Shown here: piece after piece, positions 25,405 through 38,759 of the stretch | How positions within the stretch are numbered: the first letter of the stretch is position 1 | How the letters are laid out: every line of letters begins with the position of its first letter | Assembly: GCA_000320545.1 (NCBI GenBank) | Contig: ADNK01000414.1 | Location: forward strand, 1 to 64,000 | Reading direction: 5' to 3' | Origin: Bigelowiella natans CCMP2755 | Lineage: Eukaryota; Protista; Cercozoa | DNA: 64,000 nucleotides | Position numbers and translations under genes: made by a program | The notes under the pieces: model-generated | The model's input: the letters and a program-made list of their open reading frames with translations, nothing else | What the model was told of the DNA's origin: nothing | The model's database searches: none

Positions 25405-27220
25405 ACCCGCCCCATTTCTCTACACATGTATGTATATAACATTGCAACTCCGACTAGTGACTTACTTAGCTGTGGTGATACTTCTAGGCCTTCCTTTAAG
25501 CACCGTAGACGTGCCCAATAGCTCGGCAGCAACCCCGTATAAACGCACCCCATCAATGTCGTTGAAATATCGGCAATGCTCCCTAACATAAGAACGGCGA
25601 GTCTAAGATTGATTCATCATCGTCGTCATCATCGTTTCTCAGTCATCGTCTTCTTGTTCTTATACGCATTCTTACTACTCACCGGGCTTGGGTCGCATGA
25701 CGAGGAACCACATGACAACCGCTGCAAAACCGAGGGGAAGGCCTAGCTGGTGCTGAAAAGGGAACTTGCACGCGCAGATGTACATTGCTGTCGTACACGA
25801 TTATTATGATCAAGGTAGTAGTTGGGTTTCGTGAGGACGGCATGGATGATGATGATGATGATGATAATGATGATGATGATGATGCTTTAAGGAGAAGAAA
25901 GTGAGCTGTGTAGTGCTAGTGTGCATGGACAGGTACGTTAACATATTGCGGAATCTTGAGATTGATTTTTCCAACAACTGGAGCGAAAACATAGGTTGTG
26001 TCTGTCTCGCGGTGATGCTCTCAGCACTCTCAAAGATCCTTGAAAAATGTTTTATGTACATTTACTAGTATAAATATATTGTGCACTACCTAGAGAAGCC
26101 ACAAATGATATCCGGCGCGCCGGGTTCACTCCCGTCATCATCACTGTGTTGAAGTACCTGTGATAATTGTACAACGGGGAGGACTGAAATAAGATCAAAC
26201 AAAACTGATTAATACGACGCAGTTGGTAGCTGATCATTTCACTAGATCTTGATAGTGCGTTATTTTTAGTTTTCTGCTCTCTTTTTATTGATTAGAACGA
26301 ACTCGTATTGCGCCATCATTGCCACTGTCACTAACACTGACGTGTACACCAAGTCTCCGGAGAAAATCACAGCCTGACAAAGGCGGTCGCAACGACAACG
26401 ATAAGAAAAGGGTTTGCATATTAATGGAATAAAATCGGAGTGTAGAGAAGCGCATAACCAATATTAATCGAATCGTTTTAAGAATGTTTGTTACAGTATT
26501 AGGCTATTGCGAACGTATTTCACATTTTCCCTCAGATTGCTACAGGCACGTGTATAGCGACCGTTCCTGCAAAGGCGAGCAGCCAACCAGTCACAATCCT
26601 CTTGCTCAATTTCCGGACGCTCTTAGCCTCTTGCTGCGACGAAGACGGGGAAGGCGAGGGAAGGGATGGGGACGACGAGGAGGAGGGCACGCTGATGCCT
26701 CTGAGCGCATTGTGCAGGAGCGAAGGTGTCGAAGCCACAAGGTGCCTTGCACTGAGTAAACCTCTGCCTCTACGACTGAGAAAGGACCCCATCTTTTGTT
26801 GATCTTGCCTAGAAACATGCGGGTTTTCGCTACCGAGGGTAGCTGTTGCGATTGAGCAACAACGAGTTCGGTGTTTCTTCGGCTGGAATGCAGGCTGGGA
26901 TGCAGAAGATGGTGAAAGCTGCGCGGCCAGCGCTGTAGCTGCAGAAAGCCTATTTGTATTAGAATCATATACACATGTTACCTTGGAAAGTTATAGCTAG
27001 TAGTGAAACAGGGACACCTGCTGTGTTTGCTGGAATGAGATATTGGCCTTCGTAACAATGACGGGCTGCTCTGAGAGGAGGGTTGGAACCCCGGCTCTCT
27101 TTGGGGTCCCAGCTTTATGTTCAATGTTCCCTGTCGCTGTACCGCAATGGGTGATTGTGGAGCCGCGCCTCCTACTATGGCGAGAAGAGCGAAGAAGATC
27201 ATGAGATAATGGGACACCAT
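22932..27220 (-). CDS. cdsA: Phosphatidate cytidylyltransferase (CDP-diacylglycerol synthase), probably plastid-targeted, multi-exon
   Basis: Exons give KLSKRIVTGWLLAFAG, YFNTVMMTGVNPARRISFVAS, IADISTTLMGCVYTGLLPSYWARLR, SDVGAYFGGKKFGK|RKISEVIPAAGGASPNKTVEG and GDLMASMIKR|DAGVKDFGNCFPGHGGVLDRLDS (family signature, ~23665-23600). There is a signal peptide MVSHYLMIFFALLAIVGG followed by an S/P/R-rich transit-like region. The start and the last two exons are tentative. Confidence 0.88.
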
Positions 27221-27762
27221 TCGCCGGTACCCCTCTTTGTTCCGGTTGTATTTGTCGTTACTGAGACCATATGGGGATTTCCACGTTGCGACATCCTTCA
27301 AACGACCTGTTTTCCCTTTTCTTCCCTTCGGAAGCTTCCTGCAGGATAAAAGTCGCATATTTTATTTCCCAAACACAAAAATAAGAAAACAGGATTTTTT
27401 GTGGGCGAGCCGCAAAAAACCTGGCAGCAGCGCTTGTCGCAGGACGGTAACTTTGTGCCAGTCAAGGATGCGACTTCAACAACTAGCTTTCTGTTTCCAC
27501 CGAAAATACGGCAAAAGTCCTGTGTCGCAGTATGTGCAACGCCCTTCCACAGTTGGCTTTTGTTGGGATGACGATGAAACGTCGTGTCTGCCTGCCCCAC
27601 TGTCGCTGTTTCTCCAAGTGCTCGCATCCAGGAGCAACCGAAGTCCTCCATCTTCACTGGCTCAATTGCGATCCCCCTCTCTCCTCTTCGACCACCACCG
27701 AGGTGCTCCTGGTTGCGAAGAGCTGCTCCTCCCTGTCTGCCTAGGGAGAGTGGTGATAGAGG
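27221..27762. promoter_or_regulatory. Head-to-head region between CDP-DAG synthase and the OFCC1-like gene
   Basis: Lies between divergent genes. The boundaries depend on uncertain start codons. Confidence 0.3.
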
Positions 27763-28666
27763 ATGCGCCGCAACAATCGCGTCAAACCGCTTGGGTCCTC
27801 TGACGCCTTTGGGCAAGATGATAGTGCTGATGCCAAAAGAAGGAGGCTTCAAAATGCGCCCTCGACGTAACTGATTCGCAATTAGGAAAATATTTTACAT
27901 TAAATTTGATTGGGTTTTGATGAATGAAACAGAACGAATATAGGAAGTACGGATGAAATGAATCGTCCATCTCCAGAGGACATGATTCTTCCCACTCAGC
28001 CGAGACATGCAGGGAATCAAAGAGAACAGCAAATAAAAGAGTAAATATTATTCCTTGTTCTAAGGGTATATCTGGCCTGACAAATGAACCGTCTATTATC
28101 TAAATTAAAGGCTGTCAGAGATGAGTGAGACCGTACCTGGAGCTTTCGGTGATGAGGTGAGTTGCTAAACTCAGAATAACTTTACACATCTGAGCACTCA
28201 CACACAGTGCTGTGAAAATATAGGACCCGAATAATACCCCTGGTGATACAGCTTCCTCGTTTGTCGACACACGTCGGGAGCGGAAACAATTGCCTGAGTA
28301 TGTACTGCCAGCACACCAACCCCTCGTATTGTCCCCGACAGCCAAGAATACTCTTGGGCGATGATGGTGCATGTCCGGGGAAGGGGGGGGATGAGGGGAT
28401 AACAAGGACAATTAAGAGCAACATATGCAGCCGATTTTATTCCTTCTTTTCCCCAATATTAATAGATGGGCCCAAAGAAAAAATAACGACACAAAAGATA
28501 AAGCGGATCAAATTTTAGAAGAATATGGATTAGATAGCACAGACGCAGCGTCGTCGGGTTTAAAAGTTCCGCCGAAAAAAGGGAATCGTCTGAAGGAATT
28601 AGAGGATCTTGAAGATGACGGGGATGACATATTCGATGTAGTTTTTCTCCCCCCCCCTCTCTCTGA

Positions 28667-28701
<35 letters not shown>

Positions 28702-29117
28702 TTTGTGTTTGTGTGATTATCCGCTGTGTATGTTTGTTGTATCTGTTTGAAACATCTTGTCTCGGTAGGAGGACGGAAAAGAGGGGAAAAGAGATTTCGT
28801 TCCGCCATTAAAACCTCTACGAAGAAACCAAAGAGGCTCCGTGCGAAGGTATAAATTATTACAACGCTCTCGCCATCCGTACTGTACATGACGAAGAGGA
28901 AATGCCGAGAAGTTAATGTCAAACTTCTGCACCGCCATCATCGTTACCATCATTACCAGCGACAGAGGGTTGCATTTTTCGTAAAGTAGTGAAGTCGTCA
29001 TTAGTAATCGTCCCACAACTACTACTACTCTACACAGGCTTCCGAAGCTGGGCATGTCAAAAGTTGATCCATCTCAACAGCTCAGCGTGCAACCAATAGC
29101 TACAGCCAGAGTATATC

Positions 29118-29167
<50 letters not shown>

Positions 29168-30492
29168 TCTATATGTGTGTGTGTGTTATTCTGAAATGTA
29201 AGATGTGATTGCATGATTGGCGCTTTCAAAAAATGCCAGGCCGAGAGTCAGGTGGACAGCATTATGGACATAAATAAACAAGCAAGCGCCCCAAAAGAGG
29301 CTCTTAAGCTCAAAATATTTCGTGCAATGGGTTTAAAGATTCCGGAACTACCCCCTCCCTTGGATAAAAGAGCACCACACGCGTATGTGACTATTGGCTT
29401 GCAGCCGCATTCGGCCTTCGTGGTAGCATCGACATATTACTTAAGTATTCCAAATATCGCCAAGTACCACAATGTTTTCACTGACTTCCGAATGCAATGA
29501 ATAATTTAAACAATTGATAAATTACAATCAGCCAAAGATTCTTGCCACTCAACCCATTCGTCTCGGTGAGCAATAGATGACGACGAGAAATTTATCAAAA
29601 CTAAAAATTGTCCGATCAACGGGGACGTTCTGTAACCCTGACATTGCCTCACAAAAACGCATCAGGGGCGATGAAAAAGAAGGACACATTCAGGGCACAC
29701 GTTATCGATCTTACCCATGATGATCTCAAAGGTACTACGAAGGAGAGAATGTTGTCAATGAATCAAACGAGGCTAGTTTCATTCCAGAATATCAATTGAC
29801 TCGATCAATTGCTCTAAAAAATATTCACATCCTTCTTGCCGCGGCAAATAATTGGCAGGTTTCATCGAATTTCGGTTGTACATGAAAGATCCCTTCGGAG
29901 GCGAAGATGTGATGCTGGGTACGCCGCCCGCAAATGATTCTAAGGACTCTGAATGCATTCTCCATGCCTGCCCGTTTTCATTGCTCTGTTTCTCATTTTC
30001 TTCTACTGTTCTTGGCTATTAAAAAAACGGATTTTTCCCCAAGCCACAATGGGAAATGACATGCTTAGTGACACCCTGAGCGAAGAATATGTATCATTGG
30101 ATCTCATAGTGGTGGAAACTGAGTGTAGTTGTTGTGATCTGCAGGCCGATGCGAAATATCCCCTCTAGAGTCTCTTAGGAGTATGAAGACAAGCGCCAGA
30201 GGACTCTCACTCGATCCTCAAGGGGTAAATAAATAAGAGATGAGATTAGCGCGTATGTTGAACAATAACAGAAAGGAAGAGCTAAGTACTATATCACGCA
30301 GGAGAGGAGTTGAGAAAGAGTAGTAATAGTCCATTGCGAATTTTGACAGCAGAGGGTTTAATTTATCATTATTGTTTTGTATAAATACCGGATGCTACGA
30401 CATTGATATGTGCTGGCGTTACAATTCCTACTTTGACCTCGAAAAGGTAATAATCGTCTCGACGGAGCTTTCGGCTGGAAGTTGGAGGTTTG

Positions 30493-30547
<55 letters not shown>

Positions 30548-33500
30548 ATTTAGGGGAGAGAGAGAGGGAGGGTAGATTAATGTATGGATAAATATGTTGT
30601 ATATGTTTTGTGCTCTATTGATCATCCGGTGGTGAAGAGATGGTGTATTTATTTGCTACCATTTAGTTGGGCTGGAGCAAATCTCATGGATCTCGAGCAA
30701 ACAACGAAGATGATAGACGAGTACACGAATAAGGTTGCACGACGAGATTTGCCATGATACCTCTGCTTAATACCAATCTGTTATCCAGTCCGCCGGAACC
30801 GTAGAAAGCACCCGCATCGTGCATCCAGAAGCGAAGGAAGAGGAAGAAGCGTAATTCCATCTTTTCTCAAAAAAATACTTGGAACAAGATCACATATCTC
30901 GTCCAACATTGATATCAAGCTCCTAAATCTTACATCCCTATATTGAACATAGGAACTTGTACTCAAAAAATGCAACTGAATCATTTTTATGACTCTGAAC
31001 TGGTGAAAATTAAGCGTCTGTCTACTGACTTACAGGTGGAAAGAAGAGGAGAAATGGCTGACCTCAGAGGGGTTGGAACTTGGTATGATCCATGTTGAGG
31101 ATGTTATCAAGGTTTGTTCCAACCAAATTTTAGACTCATGAGACTTTGAGAGAAAGAGAATCATTTTCGTTCTGCGAGATCGCGGTACGCTCCAGACGTG
31201 TATTGCCTTTCGTCGTCGGCCTCTTCTCTTTCTTTCAGTTGTCCCGTTTCTTTTTTTAAATTCACCGGTTCGCCACAATTCTATTTTTCATTTTGTTTCT
31301 TGAAATGGGCGGCATGAGATAGTTCCACATGGATTTTGTGGGCATTCCATCTTATTTTTCGGCTTGAATATCGTCTCTGCTTTCAATGAAACCATCGTGA
31401 TTGAACAGGAGCATAAAAAAATGACGGAGGAGCGGCTAACCCAAGTCTCGAGGGAAGTAGTTCAGCAGCACAACATCTACGAACGCCTTGCTGAGGAAGA
31501 AGAGGTGTGAAAAACAGCATACGTCATTCATGGATATGCTTGATGAGTGGGGGGGAGAGATTATATGGTGTTTCTTCAACTTATATGGTTTTCTCAGTTG
31601 GCTCAGCGCAGAGTTGTCGCGACGAGGGATGGTAACCGTGAAATCCTTGAAGCGAGGGAAGCTGGATTGGTATCTATTGAGAAACAGATAAATGAAAACA
31701 ATTTGTCTCTCACGAAATATCTCCCCACCCCTCTTCCCCCAGATTGAAACAGTCTCCATGAGAGCCAAAAAATCACAACAGCACCAGCGCCGAGTCATGA
31801 ACTCCCTCGAGAACGACGTGAGGGAGGTAAACAACCCGACGAAATAATGTCTTGGTCTTAGTCTCCGACGACGTTGGGTTGTTCTTAATGTTGTACATAA
31901 TTTATCATTAGGCGGGTGGTGTGATTGAAGGAGGATGGAAGCATAACAGGCAATCGGACAACGTTATTCAGGTAACATTTGTTGTGTGCTACAAACAAGC
32001 AAAAGCGTCTTTTTCTTCCTGACCATTGACAAATGCCGCCGGTATATATTTTAGTCGAAACGTCAGCTGTTCAACGCCAAGGGGAATATGGATATACCAA
32101 GTATAATTGCACACACGCGCGTCAGCACACCAGACAAATAGACCGTATTTGACTGTAACAATTTGTGCTGTGACATCATAATGTATTCCCTTCATTTTCT
32201 GCCCTTCACCACCAGGGGTTCGTTGGTTCCGGGCTCAATGGGAGGGCGCACCGACTGTTCTTACAATACGTATCGATGAGCTAAGAGCTGTTAAAGATAA
32301 GGTAAATCTCACCGCGCAATGATTGTAATGATGCCACAAGCATGAGTCTTCGCATATTTTCTCCTACTCTAGCTCTTCCCAGGGAGACTCGTGATGATGG
32401 TGACGCTGTGGGATCGGTAAGTGGAAGCAGAAGTCCTGCATGCTCCCAGAGATCGATGAACTCTCTCAAAGAGTTCATGCCCTTCATCTCAGCACGCAAT
32501 GAAAATTTGTGATATTATCACCTATAATCTCCTTTGCAACAACGCGAGGCGCAAAGCTGGCGAACTGATGGAAATCGGCCGTTGTTGTTTTTCGTTCAGA
32601 CTGGGAGGCAAGCCTAGAAAATACACCGGACCAACATTTAAGGGCAGGCTCTGGTCCGGGGTATTATTGCGTGATAGATTGAACACTAATGTCGCATAGC
32701 AGGAGAGTTTTCATCGTGAGAGGAATATGTTGTCATCGTTCCGGAATCGTAGCGATCACTCAGCGAAGAACCGGGGAGATAGTAATCCAGATGCATATCC
32801 GATCTCCATACCCCTTCTTCTTAACTTTCAAACACTTCATTTTGCGCCATTTCTGCTACCAAAGGTGACACCGAAGCCTGTTCGTCATCAAGGGCGATTC
32901 CATGATCAATGTGTCACGTTTGGACAAAAGGGCAATGAGGTACTTTTTATGGTTATGTGTACTAGTTCGTCGCATTGAGCGTGTCTTTGGTGTTTTCCAT
33001 GAAAAATAGGCAGAGTAAATCTGTCAATATTCGAGTTCAAACCTAAATTTGCTATTGTTTGGACGTATCTACCCAGGTTTTTGTTGCAGTTCCTCCAAGA
33101 ATACACGCCAACATTGAAATGGTGTTGACCTTCGAGTTGATTCAACTTCGTGGAATTCGTCAGAAGGTACCATCTCGTCAAAAACTGTTACAAAACAAAT
33201 GAAATTGCGACATGCAAGAACACCCTGCCTGGTTTTGAGATATTCGAGAGGGCCCCGTGAAAGTTTTCGGCTTGTATATTGTATACACTCAAAACGTTTG
33301 ATTTCAGGTTGATAAATGTGTTGCGTGGGGGACATTCCCAGCATTTTGCTCCAATTTTGAGCCAATTGACGGGCGTTTCAAGGTATGAATTACATGCGGG
33401 TATCATATTGGTATCATATTCTGCAAGTATTTGACACATTAATTTACTTTGGCGTTCTTGATTGTAAATGTTTTTCGCAATGTTTTGGTCAGATGCCCCT

Positions 33501-35230
33501 GTTTCGCGGGGAGGTTGATATGCACGTTGACCGGCACCAGATGTTAGAAGAACGCATACAAAAAGTACAGCAGATTTCAAAAGGATGCCATGATCGCATA
33601 AATGATACACTGAGCAGTTCTAAAACCATCGATTACTACTTTGTCCTACAGGATCTGGACAGCTGGCTATGTAACTGCTACTTTTCCTGTCGTCGTATCT
33701 CTCAGTTTGATGGAATGGTCGTTCACAAATCAGCAGCCCACACTATCACCACAAGCACTTAGAAGTCTCGAATTTTATGTTGCTTCTTTCTCTTGGAAAA
33801 GCGGAATATTGACCGAAGTATTATGCTCGATGTTTGCTACAGATAGAGGAAACTGTCGAGATTGAGGAGGTAGTTGACATGAATAACCCAAATCATATTC
33901 TGCGAAGATGTTCAGGAGAAAGAAGAACTAATTTACGACACGAACCTGTCGTAGGTGAAAGACGTACCAAATTATAAGAAGTCGCAGGCTCTTGACATGC
34001 TATCAAGGAGCGAGAGCGCGGCCGATGAAGTAAATGAGGTTGTTCCATGATGATCACGTGTACAATGTTTTTAGCTCTTTCATTCGATCTGATTTATATG
34101 CCACCAATCTTGGCCAGCTTCTTCAAGCTGGGGCACAGCTCGCAGAAAAAAAGAAGATAAAGGATGGTAAATACCAAAGAATGCTCCATTCACTTTTGAA
34201 GCATCTCATTCATTCCTGAGCAATGCCTATGTTCTCAGGGGACAATATCACAAGTGCCAAAAATCAGGATGACACGAAGGTGTATTCTACTCATGATTTT
34301 CATTATTATTAATATTATTATTATTATTATTGTAAAGTTTGAAGCAGCAGCACCATTCACAATGACGAAAGTTCATGATTTGCACGGCATAACCACATTA
34401 AATCAACACTCTACAGCACTTCAGAGCTGGCGGAATGCTAGATGAGAATTCAGAGAACGAACCGGAAGGTAACCAGAATTTAGAAAAGAGTACAAATGTT
34501 TTCTTTCGTTGGCTTGTTGCACCTCATTTCAAGCTATACTTTTAGGAAAGAATTTATTGAAGTTCCAGCTTGACGAAAAGAATGCTCCGCCGTCGGATAA
34601 GCAACTGAAGCAAGACAACGATTTCGGTATGACTTCGATGGTGAAATATCAACTGGACGTTGTTGGGGTGGGAGAGGGATTGCGCAATTTACTATCTGCT
34701 CGTTGTGGATTTTGAAGTAGCGTTGCGTTTTTACTCCCGCAGACAACGCTGGAGAAGAAGCACGTCTGAATCAATCGGTCCGAAGACGCCGCGCAGAAAA
34801 TACTCTAGTTTGCTTCGTTTCTAATTTCTCGCGCATCTATTGAGGCCTCTCCCCCCACCCCCCTATGTCAAAATAGCAGATACAATCTGAGAGCGAATAT
34901 GAGGAAGAGGAAACGTCAAAGGTTTGTCGTAACCATTGGCATTGGTTTTTTTGCGTCTGCTTGTCCTTATCTTGGTGTGGCACGTGTACCATGAGCTCCT
35001 TTCTAAAAGGGTATAACATCACTCTCCCGTTGTTCATTTATAGCTTGCTTCTCCTGAGGAGGTGGAACTACCATTGCTAAGGCTTGTGAGAGGTAGTACG
35101 GTGTAATCGTTTAATTCCGAATAATCCAGCCAATAAGCATGACGTGCTTCATCAGGGAAGACCCGTTATGTAACCGTGGAATCGTACAGGAGAGCAGTAG
35201 ATGTACAAAAGGAAATACAAATGAGGTAAC

Positions 35231-35262
<32 letters not shown>

Positions 35263-36068
35263 CGATGTATCACAAGAAAAGAAGTAGTAGTTGTGTAAAG
35301 AAGAGCGGCAAACATGTAGTGTTTCAATCAACCTCGACTTTCTCAGAGAAAAATTCGAGCATCCGCTCGGCCTTGCAGAGGGAAGTACACGCATTACAAA
35401 CGGGGTAAGTTTCGACTGCGCGATCCATCCTATTTTCGTGCCGCAGTGTAGTGCCAATGATTGCATGAGCAACCGGATTTCTATTACAAGGCGCTTAAAA
35501 TTAGCAGTTCATTCTCGCGCGAGAAATTTACATCATGAGTACGTTTGGTGGAGTCGTTGGACTGTGTGTGCTGTTGTGGTTGCTCCGAGTAAATCATTTG
35601 AATCTGATGCCCCTCCTCAGCAATACTACGCAGAGAAGAAATCCTACAAGGCGAGTGTGAGGTAAGTTATGCAGTTTATTCATAAGACGGTATATTTCTT
35701 ATGATGGGTTGTCTTCGCGTTCTTCGTAGGAGAGTTGATCAAACCGAGTCTGCAGTAAAAACCAAGATGCTCTATCAGGCATTCTGGCAGGATCTTCGTT
35801 TCAAGGAAGGTGTGTGTGTGTGTGTGTGTGTATTTTCAAATCTGGGAAAATAATTTGTGGGCGAAGTTTTATGCAATTTGAATTGGGAAGTTGGTGACAA
35901 TTTGTACCGCCCTGTGCTTTTTACACAGGTGGAAGCTTGAGAGAGCATATAGGTCACGCCACACAGGACGAATTTTAATTCTACCGAAAAAAAGAATTAG
36001 CACAAACGCCACATTTAAACACGCGCGTGCGCGCGTACACACACACATAGGCACACACACCGATACAT

Positions 36069-36119
<51 letters not shown>

Positions 36120-36222
36120 GCGCAGGGTATATTCTCCTTTGGGTGGGGTTACTCTGGGCACGAATCTATATTCATTACGGAGGGCAGCTGTTATACTTAA
36201 TGGCGCTTCAAGTTAGGTGAGA

Positions 36223-36255
<33 letters not shown>

Positions 36256-37460
36256 GTCATGATGGCGGCAACGAGGCCACAAATAACTTTCTGGATGCGA
36301 ATAATGAAAATAAGCGCATATCTTCTGCACTCTTGACGGATGATTTCCTATCTTGAATAGCATCTACACCAAGGATTTTCTCGTTTACTCTGTACGGCTG
36401 ACGTACAACAGAGACATCATGCTCCCAATACATTTCTGTGGGATAGTAATCGTCGGGTAGGTTGATCGTATGCTTCGAATCTAGTTGTAGATATACCTTG
36501 CTACTTTTACCCGATATAACTCGTGTACGCTGTGAGACTGTAGCCGTCGCTTCCTCTACAAACTTGAGCTAAAACGGTGATTTTTATTCTAAGCTGGGGC
36601 GCGAATATATTTCTCTTCGGAATGGTATTGTTGGCAATGCTTTTGACCAAGGTAGAGCAAGTCACGAACCTTGTCTTTCTGCAGAGAGGCTTGATGTTGT
36701 GCGCGCATCTGAGTATCTTGGTACCACTAAAAAACACTAACATTGTGTTTCACATTGCAGTGGCTGATCGGATTTTATCCGGATTGGATATCGGACGTCA
36801 TGATCGTATATGGTACGGTGTAGTTGAGAACGTATTGACGCAAACACTCTTTTCCAATCTTCAGCTGTCGCTTTATTAATTGCAAAATTAGCTTGTGAAC
36901 GTGGAGTACCCCTATTCCATAATCATACCTGAGAGATTTCTATCGGCAATACAACCGCAGGCATTGTCATGCTAGTGGATCCCCTTCTAATTGCGGGAGT
37001 CGATGTTTTAAACGGCAACACCAAATACGGTAAAATTCCATCAGCTTTATACCGTTCATCTTCTGAACTGCCTTTACCGTGAAATTTAACCAATATAGGG
37101 GATGCTTTCTTACTGTACACGTACTACGTGGACCTTGAGGTAATCATGGTTATTTCTTCAATTAATATGCGATTTTTCTAGTGAAGACCGATGGGGTGTG
37201 TGTCGAGGTTTCACGTTTATAAATCCTCAGGGAAATGGCCTTCAAGGAATATTCATCACAGTCATCTGTTACGCAATAGAAATTGTTTTCGCTTTAGGTT
37301 CCCTAAATTCATTACACATACCTTAACTTCTTGATAACAAGAATTCGAAACCGATGATTCTCTTCCTGCAACACATTTCATTACCACGTCTTCAGTATCA
37401 CGCCAATATTCATCTACATTTGTCACACACACACACACATTATGTGTGTGTATATATATA

Positions 37461-37497
<37 letters not shown>

Positions 37498-38754
37498 TGT
37501 TGGATACAATCTTCCGATTCCAAAATGTTACTCGAGTTAAACAATTCTTCGGTGGAGAGCACAATGTCACTCACCAGTTTTTCTGTCCTTCCTACATAAC
37601 AGCTTTATTTTATTACTACATCGTCTTTGCGCACAAGGTACATAGCTCAATCTCATTCGTATAAACCAAAGATATTAACCCGTCTGAACATGCTCCAACT
37701 TAAACCAGCATTTTCATGCCTATCTATCGTCGAAACTGTCTGTCATAAGCGCGCAAGTAATACGATGTGTGATGACCAACACAGGCGGGGCGGATATTGG
37801 ACATATACAATCGGATCTGCAGACAAGAGCACCAAATATTTTTCCCTCTTGATCTCGAAGTAAGTGAGAGCGAGACGATGACCAGTCATTGAAAAACCAG
37901 GGCCATTGAGTTGTACATTTGTAGTGGCATCATTGAAGAAGCAGTTGTGTCATCTCTTATTCCACGTATTGCCAGTTGCTACAATTTTTCTAGTCATTTG
38001 TTTTTCATGAGGATACATGCACATGGGATTTGTATAATTCGGATATGTTTCACTAATTTTGGGTGGTGGGTGGCATGTATCTAGGTCTCTCTTCGTACAC
38101 TCCGACGGGTCACTGGGAAAGCCGAAAAATATACAAGCGCGGATGGAACGGTCATTTTCTGTCTTGTTTGATGAAATATCAATATCGTTTTATTGGCGTA
38201 GGGTGCGCACGTGTGAGATGCATGTTTATTGCTAAATGATGGTTCAAATGCTCTCAGGTGCGGAAGATATTCTCTAGCAAATATGAGGTACTTCTTCATC
38301 TCAATTGATTGAATATACGGATAATGCTGACCAAATTATGTATACAGATCCATGATCATTTGCACTGGAATAAAAGACGGACGATGTTCCACGTATGACC
38401 TCCAAGCATCTCTATTCCATTGACTTGAATCCATTTTTTTAAATTTCCAGCTCGTATTTTCATATTCTTCATGTAAACTTTGAACAGGTGGCCATCTTCA
38501 ATGTAAGTTTAGAAGGAGAAAGAACTCTACATCGGCACTTCATCCGCAATCACAGTGGTTGTGTCGTGGAAATATTCGATCGGATCCATAGTTGTCACAA
38601 AGCATGGACTCACATTTTCAATGAAGAATTTAGCAAAAGGCGGAATCTTTTGCAACGCGGAACTAGACGGAAGCACCAAACGCTGGGCCACATCATGGAG
38701 GGAGATGAAAAAGAACAGAAAAAAGATTCGCTACAAATCATTGTTTCGTCTTAG
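27763..38754 (+). CDS. OFCC1-like (orofacial cleft 1 candidate family) multi-pass membrane protein, roughly 40 short exons
   Basis: Exons give RAQWEGAPTVLTIRIDELRAVKDK|LFPGRLVMMVTLWDR|LGGKP, VAWGTFP...GRFK|MPLFRGEVDMHVDRHQMLEERIQK|DLDSWLCNCYF, WARIYIHYGGQLLYL, LVDPLLIAGVD, GDAFLLY, GRILDIYNRI...FFPLDLE|VS and RTLHRHFIRNHSGCVVEIF. Their order matches OFCC1-family motifs as I recall them. The stop is TAG at 38752-38754. The start is uncertain (27763-27830). Confidence 0.78.
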
Positions 38755-38759
38755 TCTTT

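Noticed and set aside
27237-27852. 184-188 aa ORFs on both strands between CDS and the OFCC1-like gene
   Set aside because: I could not splice them in frame to either neighbour and they have no motifs. They are treated as promoter/UTR, though a 5' exon cannot be excluded.
33188-33610. 140-aa minus-strand ORF that looked like a nested secreted gene
   Set aside because: It is antisense to well-matched OFCC1-like exons and introns and has no independent support.
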